Below are positions 1 to 14,110 of a stretch of 64,000 nt of DNA, in pieces (the stretch's first letter is position 1; the number at the start of each line of letters is the position of its first letter). The position numbers were made by a program, and so were the translations under genes. The notes under the pieces are model-generated. The model was not told where the DNA came from and ran no database searches. It worked only from the letters and a program-made list of their open reading frames with translations. Source of the stretch: Eledone cirrhosa. Lineage: Eukaryota. The stretch is from NCBI GenBank assembly GCA_964016885.1, contig OZ024742.1:367164001-367228000 (forward strand), read 5' to 3'.

Positions 1-477
1 GAGTTGTTCGTCTTCTTTCTTTTCCGTGTCATTTATATTATATATTATATATTACTAACTTCGGCCGATTACTGAGTGACAGGAGTATGGTTTTATTTCT
101 TTAACTTTTTGTGGGTGGGAATTAATGAGGCGGGGGACAATAGGAAATTGTAAAAAACACTTGTTTAATTACACATTTCCATGAAATAAGTATTCGATAC
201 TTCCAGTGTGTTATACTCAGAATTAGAGAAACAGTCAACAACAAACTTAGTGAATATATATGAATTTATCGATCGATCTGCCAGTGAATCAACGAATCAG
301 TATTATATAGAAAAGATGAGTTATCAAATGATATCATTGAAATCTCCAACTTATCAACTAATCTACTTATACTAAAGAGAAAATTTAGTTTTTATTTAAG
401 AAATAAGGTCAGCTTGTCTGAGATTTTATGTTGGAGAATAAATATGATTACCTTTATATATCAATAACGATACAACA

Positions 478-523
478 TTTATTCTTTTTACAATATATAT
501 ATATACATGTGTGTGTGTGTTCA

Positions 524-577
<54 letters not shown>

Positions 578-625
578 AACAAACACACACACACATGTAT
601 ATATATATATTGTAGAAAGAATAAA
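478..625. repeat. Short fold-back around (TA)n
   Basis: tttattctttttacaatatata..catgtgtgtgtgtgtt versus aacacacacacacatg..tatattgtagaaagaataaa. Confidence 0.7.
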
Positions 626-718
626 TAACCAGTATTAAACTAGTAAGACTATTATTAGACGGAATACAATAAATAGAATTTTAGAGTGTGGCTATATTAG
701 AAGGAGTCGGGGCAAGAG

Positions 719-1410
<692 letters not shown>

Positions 1411-1877
1411 ATATATATATATAAAGATATATATATATAAGATAAATGTTGAAATGGGTTGTTAGTAATATATCTATAATGACATTAGTAATGACATGAA
1501 AGAAAGTGTTATATATACGAGAGGTAGTAGCTTTACTAAACATCTCTACTACAACATGATGCGGCATACTTGTCAGATATTATATACCATCTGTTATAAT
1601 CAGCCTTAATAGATTTATATCTGCTATTGTACAATCTACAATTTCATTCACGTTATCGTAACATCGTTTAGACAACTACGTTATATACACATATATATAT
1701 ATATATATACACACTCACACACATACACACACTCACACACTCACACACAGACTCACACACACACACTCACACACACACACTCACACATACACTCACACAC
1801 ACACACACTCACACACACACACACTCACACACACACACTCACACACACACACACTCACACACACACTCACACACACA

Positions 1878-1971
<94 letters not shown>

Positions 1972-1975
<4 letters not shown>

Positions 1976-2373
1976 GGAACAAGTATGACCCCGACAGCAG
2001 AGCTCGGGCCGTTTCGACGGCTAATTCTGGACGAAATAAGAATGTTTAGCCTGGTAAATAAATAGCTGAAATTCTCAGGGGGTAATTCCTTATATGGCAA
2101 GTTAGTAATTGTCAAAAGGATTGGTCAAAAATATGTTGTAAAGACCAATCCTTTTGACAATTACTAACTTGCCATATAAGGAATTACCCCCTGAGAATTT
2201 CAGCTATTTATTTACCAGGCTAAACATTCTTATTTAGTCCAGAATTAGCCGTCGAAACGGCCCGAGCTCTGCTGTCGGGGTCATACTTGTTCCTATTACC
2301 CACTCTACTACCCTAAGTATTGAGTACTTTGGTACGTTACGGTCCATCTGGTTCCTTACCACAATTCCTTCGT
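1972..2373. mobile_element. Family A short element, longest copy, 155-bp fold-back (1972-2126 / 2143-2297) plus tail
   Basis: Near-perfect inverted arms. Further family A copies at 796-998, 1214-1410, 8424-8523, 26601-26810, 27845-27908 and 35616-35760, all adjacent to (TA)n and several folded back. Confidence 0.82.
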
Positions 2374-2443
2374 TATATATATATATATATATATATATTT
2401 ATTAAATAACAGATTAAAGTTTAAGCAAAGAATCGCTTATTAT

Positions 2444-2502
<59 letters not shown>

Positions 2503-2584
2503 GTTATTCCGGGTTGAATCGGAGGTAACCACAGTAAGTAAGGTACTCAATACATTGCAGAGTATAAAAGTTTTAATATAGATG

Positions 2585-2635
2585 AGATTCTACAGGACTA
2601 GAACTGTTTCATTCTTTAGAAATCATCAGGAATCT
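2585..2635 (-). ncRNA. Type I hammerhead ribozyme (family D)
   Basis: Minus strand: AGATTC-CTGATGA-tTTC taaa GAAt-GAA-ACAG ttctagtc CTGT-A-GAATCT. Stems I, II and III all close; GUA cleavage triplet. Confidence 0.8.
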
Positions 2636-2921
2636 GGGTATCAAAAAATAAATATGGTATTTATAGGTCTCTACAAGTGGTAGGAGAGGGTGGGGAGTGG
2701 GATGGGTGTAGGTCATTGGTTGATAGAAAAGGAAATTCATTAAAAGCTAATTCTACAAAGCTATAGTTTATTTTTATTTATTTTTGTTTTTAGAGTAACA
2801 AAGGCAGACAGAATTCTATAAAGAGGTTCCGGATGGCATACCATTCCTTGTCATTAAGTTTCTCTTAAGCTAACAGATGTCTATAAGATCAGTGGGGGGT
2901 CAGTCATGGTAGATAGAAGAA

Positions 2922-3272
2922 TTGCAAAAAACTTACATCGGCATGACCTCCAACAACTTTAAGACCCGTTGGTATGCCCATACCCACTCCTTCAGAAGAC
3001 CGGACAAATCAAATCAGACAACACTCGCCTCCTACGTTTGGGACCTAAAAAGGAACTCCACCCCCTTCACGCTTAAATGGAAAATACTCCAGAAAGAGCG
3101 CTTTTACAACGGAGGACACAAGGGCTGCGACCTTTGTATTTCAGAGAGGTACGAAATTTTATTCGCCAAGGGCCCGCTACTGAACAAAATCTCTGAACAC
3201 TGCCCGAACTGCATGCACAAGAATTTTGCAACTTTCAAACACTTTAAGCCAGTGTTAAAGCCCGATGGCTAA
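2922..3272 (+). mobile_element. Penelope-like element, 5'-truncated GIY-YIG endonuclease C-terminus
   Basis: KTYIGMTSNNFKTRWYAHTHSF...TTLASYVWDLK...KWKIL...CDLCISERYEI...LLNKISE...CMH is the typical PLE GIY-YIG tail (YIG, R, CxLC, LLN, CxH). Confidence 0.88.
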
Positions 3273-3578
3273 AAAGACCTCCCCCTATTGGCCCCTATAC
3301 CTCCTTCCCACCCTACCCCCACCCCTCCTCAACCTGAAATACGGCCACTAGGGTTATGTGAGTACCTCTTTCCTATCTACATTTTCTGCCTGTAGAGGTG
3401 TTTTTATGTGCCTGCGTATATGCGTATATTTATTGAGTACTTATTTATTTGTATGTGTATATATTTGTGTGTATGTGTGTATATGTATGTGTATGTATAT
3501 ATATATGTATGTGTGTATATGTGTTTTATATGTGCATATTTATGTATGTATATATATGTATATATGTATATATATATG

Positions 3579-3609
<31 letters not shown>

Positions 3610-3650
3610 GTGTATGTATGTGTATATGTATGTATGTATATATGTATATG

Positions 3651-3703
<53 letters not shown>

Positions 3704-3759
3704 ATGTGTGTATGTGTGTATGTGTGTGTGTGTGTATATATATATGTGTGTGTGTGCAG

Positions 3760-3821
<62 letters not shown>

Positions 3822-3823
<2 letters not shown>

Positions 3824-4053
3824 AAAGTTATATTAAAATTGTTGGGTTAACAACGAGTAAATATTTATAACTGATATCAAAGCACTCAACAAGTATTTGG
3901 AGTATATTTATGATATTAAATAAATGGAAACTATATTTATAAAACCATATTTATTTCATTATATATATTTCAGGGATATAATATGATATCCCTGAAATAT
4001 ATATAATGAAATAAATATGGTTTTATAAATATAGTTTCCATTTATTTAATATC

Positions 4054-4056
<3 letters not shown>
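3822..4056. mobile_element. Family B fold-back fragment (arms ~3909-3979 / 3986-4056)
   Basis: Near-perfect ~70-bp hairpin flanked by (TA)n; same sequence family as 8040-8200. Confidence 0.75.
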
Positions 4057-4120
<64 letters not shown>

Positions 4121-4303
4121 CGTGAGAGAGAATGTGTGTATATATATTTGTGTGTGTGTGTGTGTGTGTGTATGTGTGTATGCGTGTATATATATGTATA
4201 TATGTGTGTATATATGCGTATATATGTTTGTATATATGTGTATATTTATGTATATGTCTGTGTATGTATGTGTATATATGTCTGTGTATGTATGTGTATA
4301 TCA

Positions 4304-4907
4304 GGTCACCAGTTGGTGCTACTGGTAACATGTATCCCAGTACAACCTGTCCCATGGTCGGGTCGTTGGCGACTAAACTGGCAACCCCACCAAGGTTTCT
4401 TGGTGAGGAGGGTGACTTTGGACATCCTGCAGGACTAAAAACAAAACCTGTCAAAGGGCAAAGGAGCTCTTTAGAGTCAATGGCCATCCAAAATCACTGG
4501 GAGAGATGACCCCTTAGCCTTTGTCAAGGCAGAATTCTAGGAGAAGGAAAACTCTGATATAACACCTGCAACCCTGATGGTATCCAATGATGTTGACTTG
4601 TTCTTCTTTTTGGTAAATATTATCTTGGTTAAGAGAGTGGGACTGGCTTTGTGCAGTGCCTTTGCTCACTATAAAAGCTTCACGGCACAGGCATTGCTTT
4701 ATATCTGGAGATCTCTCTGCACTTGTCGTCACATGGTACCATTGGCCCAGCACTATGTGTCAATAATTGTCACAGGTGTAGTGTTTGTACCAGAGTTTTC
4801 AAGTCGCTGGCTGGACTAAAAAGTCACACTCGTTCAGCGCATTGGTAGGGGTTCTCCTACATGGATATAAAGTAGTGGCCGTACTCGAAAACGAGTTGGC
4901 AGCCACC
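4304..4907 (+). mobile_element. Family C ~600-bp non-autonomous RTE-like retroposon, copy 1
   Basis: Three copies share identical ends (GGTCACC...GCAGCCACC) within TA/TG microsatellite. The 3' part encodes a C2H2 finger [22 protein letters not shown] then a stop (4777-4848), followed by a 3' stem-loop and a (TA)n tail. Confidence 0.75.
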
Positions 4908-5044
4908 ATATGTATATATATGGATATATATATATATTTATATATATGCATGTGTATGTGTGTGTGTGTGTGTGTGTATATATGTGTATATGTGTGTGTG
5001 TGTATATATGTGTGTGTATATGTATGTATATATATATATATGTG

Positions 5045-5089
<45 letters not shown>

Positions 5090-5112
5090 ATGTATATATG
5101 TATATATATTTG

Positions 5113-5144
<32 letters not shown>

Positions 5145-5250
5145 TGCATGTGTGTATGTGTGTATGTATGTGTGTGTGTGTGTATATGTATATATGTGTA
5201 TATATATTGTGTGTGTGTGTATGTGTATATATATGTGTATGTGTATATTT

Positions 5251-5284
<34 letters not shown>

Positions 5285-5327
5285 ATATATGTGTATGTAT
5301 TTGAGTATATATGTATGTATGTGTGTG

Positions 5328-5393
<66 letters not shown>

Positions 5394-5412
5394 TATATGT
5401 ATGAATGGTGTA

Positions 5413-5468
<56 letters not shown>

Positions 5469-5506
5469 CGTGTGTGTGTGTGTGTATGTATATGTATATA
5501 TTTGTT

Positions 5507-5561
<55 letters not shown>

Positions 5562-5739
5562 TTGTGTGTATGTGTGTGTATATGTATATTTATATATATA
5601 TGTGTGTATATATATGTATTATATATATATATATATATGTGTATATATATATATGTATGTGTATATGTATGCATATGTATACACATGTATATTTGTGTGT
5701 ATGTATGTATGTGTGTGAGTGTATATATATGTGTATATA

Positions 5740-5771
<32 letters not shown>

Positions 5772-5779
5772 TATGTGTG

Positions 5780-5820
<41 letters not shown>

Positions 5821-5900
5821 ATATATATATATATAAATATATTTATATATGTGTGTGTGTTTTTATGTGTCTATATGTGTATGTGTATGTGTGTTTATGG
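4908..5900. repeat. Compound (TA)n/(TG)n/(TATG)n microsatellite, representative of dozens of such tracts in 1-39.5 kb
   Basis: Direct inspection; other large tracts at 3450-3820, 18780-19165, 25890-26095 and 34140-34815. Confidence 0.97.
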
Positions 5901-6387
5901 TGGCGCGCGAGTTGTGAGTGAGTGTGTTTTTTTGTGAATGTGTCTGTTAATTGTTGGCATATAGTTGATTAGTTTAAGAGAAGTTCGAAGATAATTGTCA
6001 GATATGCACTCAGTATTTTGAATCTGTCTACAAAATTCTCTAAACCTTTGTCACTTAGTAGAACCTTAATGAATTTAGCTTTTAAAGAATCTCCCTTTCC
6101 TTTAATTCTATCTACCATGACTGACCCCCACTGATCTTATAGACATCTGTTAGCTTAAGAGAAACTTAATGACAAGGAATGGTATGCCATCCGGAACCTG
6201 TTTATAGAATTCTTGCTGCCTTTGTTACTCTAAAAACAAAAATAAATAAAAATAAACTATAGCTTTGTAGAATTAGCTTTTAATGAATTCCCTTTTCTAT
6301 CAACCAATGACCTACACCCATCCCACTCCCCACCCTCTCCTACCACTTGTAGAGACCTATAAATACCATATTTATTTTTTGATACCC

Positions 6388-6438
6388 AGATTCCTGATGA
6401 TTTCTAAACAATGAAACAGTTCTAGTCCTGTAGAATCT
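6388..6438 (+). ncRNA. Type I hammerhead ribozyme (family D, second copy)
   Basis: agattc CTGATGA tttctaaacaat GAA acag ttctagtc ctgt A gaatct; one stem II mismatch. Confidence 0.72.
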
Positions 6439-6477
6439 CATCTATATTAAAACTTATATATATATATATATATATAT

Positions 6478-6564
6478 ATCATCATCATCATCATCATCAA
6501 CGTTTAACGTCCGTGTTCCATGCTTGCATGGGTTTGGACGGGGGTAGTCCCACTTGAGGCAAGA

Positions 6565-6570
<6 letters not shown>
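6478..6570 (-). mobile_element. Truncated 3' end of an RTE-type LINE/SINE with (GAT)n tail
   Basis: Minus strand cgtcc aaac ccatgc aa gcatgg aacac ggacg ttaaacgtt(gat)n: terminal stem-loop plus short-repeat tail. Confidence 0.55.
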
Positions 6571-6640
<70 letters not shown>

Positions 6641-6643
<3 letters not shown>

Positions 6644-8200
6644 GATAATAAACAAATGGAAACTATATTTATAAAACCATATTTATTTCGTTATATATAT
6701 TTCTGGGATATCATATTAAAGATATGGTATGCCTTCCTCAGACAAAATACAATATATAAGCTGTTTTATAAATAATTTTTGACATACCTTATAATAATGC
6801 AACTTCCATTTAAAAAGTTGATTTGGTAGTGAAACTGTTATGACAGTTATATAGAAAGAAAAACGAAGATGAGAAGAAGAAGATGAAGAGATGTATGTAA
6901 ATAAAAAAAGAAGAAGATGAAGAGATGTATGCAAAGAAAAACAACAGAGCGAGATAGAGAGACAAGGAGATATGGGAGAGAGAAATACATTGAGGAAGTG
7001 AAAAAATATAGTAGGCAGCTTTTGGACAGATGATCATCGTATATGTGAGAGGTTAAGGAGGGAAGGTATACAGTTAAACTAGCCGACACATAAATCACGT
7101 CCAGTGTATAGGAGAAAAAGAAAGAAAGATGATATATTTAAAATATATTAAAAATATATTATGTCTCATCCATTTGAATTATCAATTTTTATGAATTAGG
7201 TAGTATAATGTAAATATCAGTATTCATGAATGGGACACATATCCATAATGTGTGAAAAAAATGACCACATGCTTAGTTTAAAAATTCTTAGGTCTATAAG
7301 CAAAATCTGAGATAAAACTTCAAACATAAGTATATATGCATTCTCATGAAAAAAGAAAAAGAGAAAAGAGAAGGTTATCTCAAATTCAAGTTGATAAATA
7401 TAGACGCACATGTGAACCTACGTGATATGCTCCACAAATTCTTATATTTCATGAAAAACTTCATTGCGTTACAAAAGATTCCACCCTACATATATTTACA
7501 TACATATATACATATATATAGACATAAAATATATAAGATATACATTAACATTTAAAATAACATTCCAGCCTCACTTGCATGATTATCGATCAAGCATAGA
7601 GTAGACAACAGATATCAATATTAAAAATTAAAAACGCCAAGAATATCTTCGTCACTCCACAGAGTATCTAGGGACGCCAGAGAACATAGTATGCCACGCA
7701 TATCGGTCACATAAAATCAGAATCAAAAGCAAACAAAACCAAAATTGTTCACCAAGCCTTATTTAGCAGAAATCATTCAAAACTTATTCTACAAATGCTC
7801 TTATATTTATTATAGAAGTTTATCCAGCTTAAAAATGTATTCAAAAGATTGGGAACAACGCCAATTTTAGGGTAGTTTATTTAATCTCATTAATTATATA
7901 TTCATGCAGAAAGGTTTTAAAAAAAAAATCAACTTTTTAAATGGAAGTTGCATTATTATAAGGTATGTCAAAAATTATTTATAAAACAGCTTATATATTG
8001 TATTTTGTCTGAGGAAGTCATACCATATTTTTAATATGATATCCCAGAAATATATATAACGAAATAAATATGGTTTTATAAATATAGTTTCCATTTGTTT
8101 ATTATCGTAAACCTACTCCAGAAACTGTTGAGTGCTTTTATATCAGTTATAAAATATTTACTCGTTGTAACCCAACAATCTTAAATAAAACTTTTGCATA
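6641..8200. mobile_element. Family B PLE-derived element with ~180-bp inverted arms (6641-6824 / 7926-8109) plus tail
   Basis: The arms are near-identical reverse complements and each carries an HHR. Related copies lie at 3822-4056 and 36545-36800. Confidence 0.75.
8001..8066 (+). ncRNA. Type I hammerhead ribozyme (family B); mirror copy 6684-6749 on minus
   Basis: TATTTTGT-CTGAGGA-[..catatt ttt aatatg..]-GAAA-TATATA-TA-ACGAAATA. 8-bp stem I, palindromic minimal stem III, AUA triplet. Confidence 0.72.
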
Positions 8201-8555
8201 TATATATATATATAAATATTTATGTATGGTCTGTTTGTGTATATACATATATATACATATATATTTATGCACACACACACGCGTATATATAAGAAAAGAC
8301 AATAAAAGAACTATACAATGGTATATTAGTTTAACGCTACGTGTAGTTTGAAAATAGCCACACAAACACACACACACACATAAACACACATACACATATA
8401 TATACGTATACGTATTTATATACTGGGGTCATACTTGTTCCTATTACCCACTCTACTACCCTAAGTATTGAGTACTTTGGTGCGTTATGGCCCACCTGGT
8501 TCCGTACCACAATTCCTTCGTTATGCGTATTTATATATATATATATATATATATA

Positions 8556-9543
8556 GAATAGAATGAAACGAAATTTCATTTCTCACTCTTAGTACGGCAC
8601 TTACTTAAATGTAAGTATGTATGTATGTATACGTACATACATATATGTAAACAGACGTACAGTAGTATGTATATATATACGTACATGCACACACATATAT
8701 ATGCACGTATCGGTTTACCGAACATTTATTATAATGCTCGGTTTGTTTGTAAACAAACAAACAGCCCGAATTACGCCGTACAGTGTTTAGGCGACCACGT
8801 CACCTTTTTGTTCAACACTGACACAGGAACGATGTACTAGTTTCAAGCTTATTAGCTATAGTCAGCATCGTATACCTTCCTGGCAGATGGTTGAACGTCT
8901 GAAAGTATATACTTTCCTTATGCATATTAACGGCTGAGCAGCCTAATTTGCATATCGAGTGAGTACATATATGTATGTACGTATACATACATACATACAT
9001 ACATACATACATACATACATACATACATACATACATACTTAGATTTAAGTAAGTGCCGTACTAAGAGTGAGAAATGAAATTTCGTTTCATTCTATTCCAT
9101 TTATCGTTTTCGGTGTGCCCGGCCGACTGAACTCACTCGATATACAAATTAGGCTGCTCAGCCGTTAATATGCATAAGTATATACTTTCAGACGTTCAAC
9201 CATCTGGCAGGAAGTATACGATGCTGACTATAGCTAATAAGCTTGAAACTAGTACATCGTTCCTGTGTCAGTGTTGAACAAAAAGGTGACGTGGTTGCCT
9301 AAACACTGAACGGCGTAATTCGGGCTGTTTGTTTGTTTACAAACAAACAAACCGAGCATTATAATAAATGTTCGGTAAACCGATACGTGCATATATATGT
9401 GTGTGCATGTATGTATATATATACATACTACTGTACGTCTGTATACATATATCTATGTACGTATACATACATAAATACTTACACTTAAGTAAGTGCCATA
9501 CTAAGAGTGAGTAATGAAATTTCGTTTCATTCTATTCCATTTA
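8556..9543. mobile_element. Retrozyme/PLE-like element: ~440-bp unit in partial tandem plus inverted copy
   Basis: 8556-8964 is the reverse complement of ~9131-9538. ctaagagtga recurs at 9061 and 9501 (period 440). Flanked by (TA)n. Confidence 0.8.
9218..9260 (+). ncRNA. Minimal type I hammerhead with variant core (CUGACUA); mirror 8829-8871 on minus
   Basis: ACGATG-CTGACTA-tAGCT aata AGCTt-GAA-ACTAGT-A-CATCGT. 6-bp stem I, palindromic stem III, G8>U in both copies. Confidence 0.68.
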
Positions 9544-11284
9544 TATATATATATATATATATATTAGAAAGTGAGGCTTTTTTTACAAAATGAAAAATAA
9601 CCGAGGTGTCCTACACGAGTTAAAGTATAAGGAAAGAAGATAAAATCGAAAATGGAACAGAAGTCTTTTTTTTAAATATATATTTATTTGGTTCCTTTAC
9701 CGGTTTCGCAGTTCTTCTGCTTTTTAAAAGTAGATTTGAGATGGAGGGTCTATATAATAACCAGTTAATTGAGAACGCATCGTTTAAGTTTGAAATGAAT
9801 CATCCCCACACAAATGACCAAATATCACAATAAATAATAGTTGTGAGGTATCCAGGGACGCCCTCATTCGATATCCGAGAGATGTCTTACAGGTGTCGCT
9901 TTTTTCTCTCCCTTGCGGGTCTTCACACAATTTTCTCAACTATTTTACCCCAACAAAGGAACTATAAGACAGAGATACATATCGATATACACTATTACAT
10001 CCGTCTCACACAATCGAGTATGATTTGGTAGTATTTACCATGCTATTTCTCAGGGATATAGGTGCCCATGCCGTCGTTAACAGATACAGACACCTCGGCT
10101 CTCCTTCCCTTGATTCTGTGAAAAAAACAGGGTGTGACTGTTATAGTAACAAAGGGCTTCTCTAATACTGGGCTGGTACTTTCTTTATCGACACTGATCA
10201 GGTACAAAATCCAATTCTCTAGTGACTCTGGCAAGCCGACCAGTTTATATATATATATAGTTGTTATATAGTAAGGTGCATTATTGGTTGTGTAAAATGG
10301 TCCAATAACTTTATGTTAGCAATATTAAGTTCTCCACGCTTTTGTATATATCTCCAATTCCATTCAAGGGAACATCTAGATGATGTAAAACGGAGTATAA
10401 GTATATATATATATATATATACGGGGGGGGGGGTGTAAATGTCCGAAGATACCAAACCTACGCTATACCAGACACATACGTTTCGTTAGCCCCGTGGACG
10501 AACTTCCAGAACGTATATATATGTGTGTGTGAGCATCATATCAGTTGAAGTATTATTATGTCTATTGTAATCGGTTTAAGTGCGGTAGTGTGATCAGTAC
10601 GATGATAAATGATGGAGGAGAGGTTTCCGTCTTATTAAAACAGAAACTGTTACAATCGGTTTAGATGATGTGATTTCAAATGTTCGATTATTTCAACACC
10701 TCACTCATTAATTAACAAGTAATGTTTTAACATTCCATAGATACGTGAGTACTTGATGGGAATGGAAGAAACCGCCACGATGCAGATGAACTATAAATAA
10801 TAGTTAAATATGTGAGATACCAGCAAGAGATTGCAGATGTCATGTTGAACTCTCATTCTAGTATCAGATTCTTCCATATTTCTCCTCTCTATTCTCTGCC
10901 CGTTCATTCATCCATACATTTCTTCTGTGGATTTATCGATTATAACAGCCAATAAATTGTAACAAGACAGCAACAACAACAACTATGCTATAATACTATG
11001 AACAACAACAGCAAACACAACAATACCACTTAGAATATAACGATAACAACTACATCAACAACAACACAGTAACATCAACGCCAAAAACACCAACAACAAC
11101 ACCAACAACACCAACAACACAATAACAACAACACCAACAACACCAATAACAACAACAACAACAACATCAACACCAACACCAACAACACCAACAACACAAT
11201 AACAACAACAATAACTCTTAAAAAACAACGATAACCACAACCAAAACACATTTCACCATATCTAACACGTGGGTGACGTTCATC

Positions 11285-12305
11285 TGTGTATTGTGTATTG
11301 TGTATTGTGTATTGTGTAATGTATAATGTGTAATGTGTAATGTGTATTGTGTATTGTGTATTGTGTATTGTGTATTGTGTATTGTGTAATGTGTATTGTG
11401 TATTGTGTATTGTGTATTGTGTATTGTGTAATGTGTATTGTGTAATGTGTAATGTGTATTGTGTATTGTGTATTGTGTATTGTGTATTGTGTAATGTGTA
11501 ATTTGTAATGTGTATTGTGTATTGCGAATTGTGTAACGTGTAATGTGTAATGTGTAATATCTAATGTGCATTGTGTATTGTGTAATGTGTAATGTGTATT
11601 GTGTAATGTGTAATGTGTAATGTGTAATGTGTAATGTATACTTGTGTAATTTGTTATGTATATATGTGTAATGTGTAATGTATATTTGTGTAATGTGTAA
11701 TGTGTATACATGTACATGTGTAATGTGTAATGCGTATTGTGTATTGTGTATTGTGTATTGTGTATTGTGTAATGTGTATTGTGTATTGTATAATGTGTAA
11801 TGTGTAATGTGTATGTGTATTGTGTATTGTGTATTGTGTATTGTGTATTGTGTAATGTGTAATGTGTATTGTGTATTGTGTATTGTGTAATGTGTAATGT
11901 GTATTGTGTATTGTGTAATGTGTAATGTGTAATGTGTAATGCGTAATGTGTAATGCGTAATGTGTAATGTTTATATATGTAATGTATAATGTGTAATGTA
12001 TAATGTGTAATGTGTTATGTGTTATCTGTTATGTGTAGTGCATTGTGTATTATGTATTGTGTATTGTGTAATGTGTAATGTGTAATGTGTAATGTATACA
12101 TGTGTAATTTGTTATGTATATCTGTGTAATGTGTAATGTATATCTGTGTAATGTGTAATGTGTATATATGTACATGTGTAATGTGTAATGTATATATGTA
12201 GATGTGTAATGTCTAATGTGTACATGTAGTACATGTGTAATGTGTAATGTGTATATATGTACATGTATAATGAGTAATCTGTATATGTACATGTGTAATG
12301 TGTAA
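11285..12305 (+). repeat. 7-bp minisatellite (GTGTAWT)n, preceded by a (CAA)n-rich tract 10960-11250
   Basis: Alternating tgtgtat/tgtgtaa units. Confidence 0.95.
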
Positions 12306-12681
12306 TATTAAAAGTAATTGTTTCCAAACAATACTTGGTTAAGCTGACTTGCAGCCCTCGGGGACAGGTTTATGTCCTCAACTGAAGTCGTTACACATCT
12401 TCCGGAGATAATTGATAAAATGAAGAATAATCTAATTTAGATAATGACAAGAAACGTGTTATTGGTAACAACTGAGAATATTTGGAATTATGGGAAGTAT
12501 TTGGGTTACTTGTGGTAGTTCCATGACAGGGTGGTGTCTTGAGGATTGGAACTTCTAAATATAACATAGCAGGAGTTGCCTTTGTATATGGGAGTATGAC
12601 ACATACACAGGCACACACACACATACACACATACATACAAACACACACACACACACATACATACACCGACATACACACCCA

Positions 12682-12814
<133 letters not shown>

Positions 12815-13084
12815 ACACATACACTCACACAGTCTCAGTGCAACGTATTGACATATTGCAGTGCTCGCAAATACCCATTATACGCAATGTCCCCAAAATA
12901 AAGGTACTGGTTTTCCTATGTACGATATGGTAACATAGCACCTCGTTGATATATATATAGGCGTATTGGTTATAATATTGATTGCAGGGACACACATGTT
13001 TCTGCCTGATCGATTAGTCAGTCGTGAGTTATTGCTGTTTATGTACAGATGTGTTTATAACATTTGTTACGTTTGTGATACAGG

Positions 13085-13790
13085 AAAGTATCGAACAACG
13101 GTGATCAAATTTTGTGTGAAACTCAATAGCCACCAAAACATTTAATTCTTTAACACAAACTTAAAGAGAAATATATATTTAAGTGGCAGAGAGGGAGCCA
13201 AGAATACGGTGAAGACGAACCTCGTTCAGGAAGGCCAATCTCGTCAATAAATGAATAAAACGTGGAAGTGGTGCGAGAGATCAGTGCGAAAGATCACCAA
13301 TTAAGTGCTAGGTTAAATTGCAGAAGAAACAAACTTGGAAAAAGATGCAGTTCACAGCATCTTAGAAAACCATTTGCACATGCGAAACATTTGTTCAAAG
13401 CTAGTGTCCAAGCATTTTTCTGTGGAGCAAATAGCCAACCGACTGGAAATTTCTCAGGATTTGCTAGAAAGACTCGAAACTGAGCTAAATTCCTATGATA
13501 AAGTAATCACAGACGCAGAAAGCAGGCATGAACATATCCAAGTGGAAAACAATGACAATCATTGTCTTCAACAGCCATGATATTGTTCACAAAGAATGTT
13601 TACCACCAGGACAGACAGTTAATTGCACCTACAAAGAACGACATCGAAAAGAGTTCCAGCGAGTCCGAAAGGACATTAGAGGAGAGTACTGAATCACGAT
13701 GACACACTCACACAGCAGTTACAATTAAAGAATTTCTGTGGAAGAAAAACATTCGCACTCTTCCACATCTTAACCCAGATTTAGCAGTAT
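13085..13790 (+). mobile_element. Tc1/mariner transposase pseudogene remnant
   Basis: Broken frames give EQR..IKFCVKL, EDEPRSGRP, AVHSILENHLHMRNICSKLVSK, KVITDAES (ITGDE-like), IVHKECLPPGQTVN and PDLA (YSPDL-like). Confidence 0.85.
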
Positions 13791-14110
13791 TCCTTCCAGC
13801 CCTTTGTTCTCTCAGTTCAAATCCTGTTGGGGTCAACTTTGCCTTTCATCCATTCGAGGTAGATAAAAGAAAGTATCAGTCATTTACTGGGGTAGATTAT
13901 TTATCTATATATCTTTATTCATTCCTTCTCAGCCTCTATATCCTTCTCTGGAAGAAATCTACTGTACTCAGTCCTGGAGGGGAGATGGGCTCCGCCAGGT
14001 TTTAAAAGGCCCTAGAAACGTCGTACTTCAATAAAGCGCCCCTACGATTCCCTCAGGAGTTACAGTTCCATCTTTTGATATTATTCTGTTGTCATGTTAA
14101 GGGTAAAGAG

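Larger units (their letters stand above)
2499..6455. mobile_element. Composite truncated Penelope-like insertion with inverted pLTR copy (2570-2918 vs 6106-6452), interrupted by microsatellites and nested elements
   Basis: A ~350-bp near-identical inverted pair brackets the GIY-YIG ORF. The left arm abuts the truncated ORF and both arms carry an HHR. Confidence 0.7.

Noticed and set aside
7346-7900. PLE protein remnant between family B arms (NLRDML motif)
   Set aside because: Only a 6-residue resemblance; no RT or GIY-YIG motifs could be recovered.
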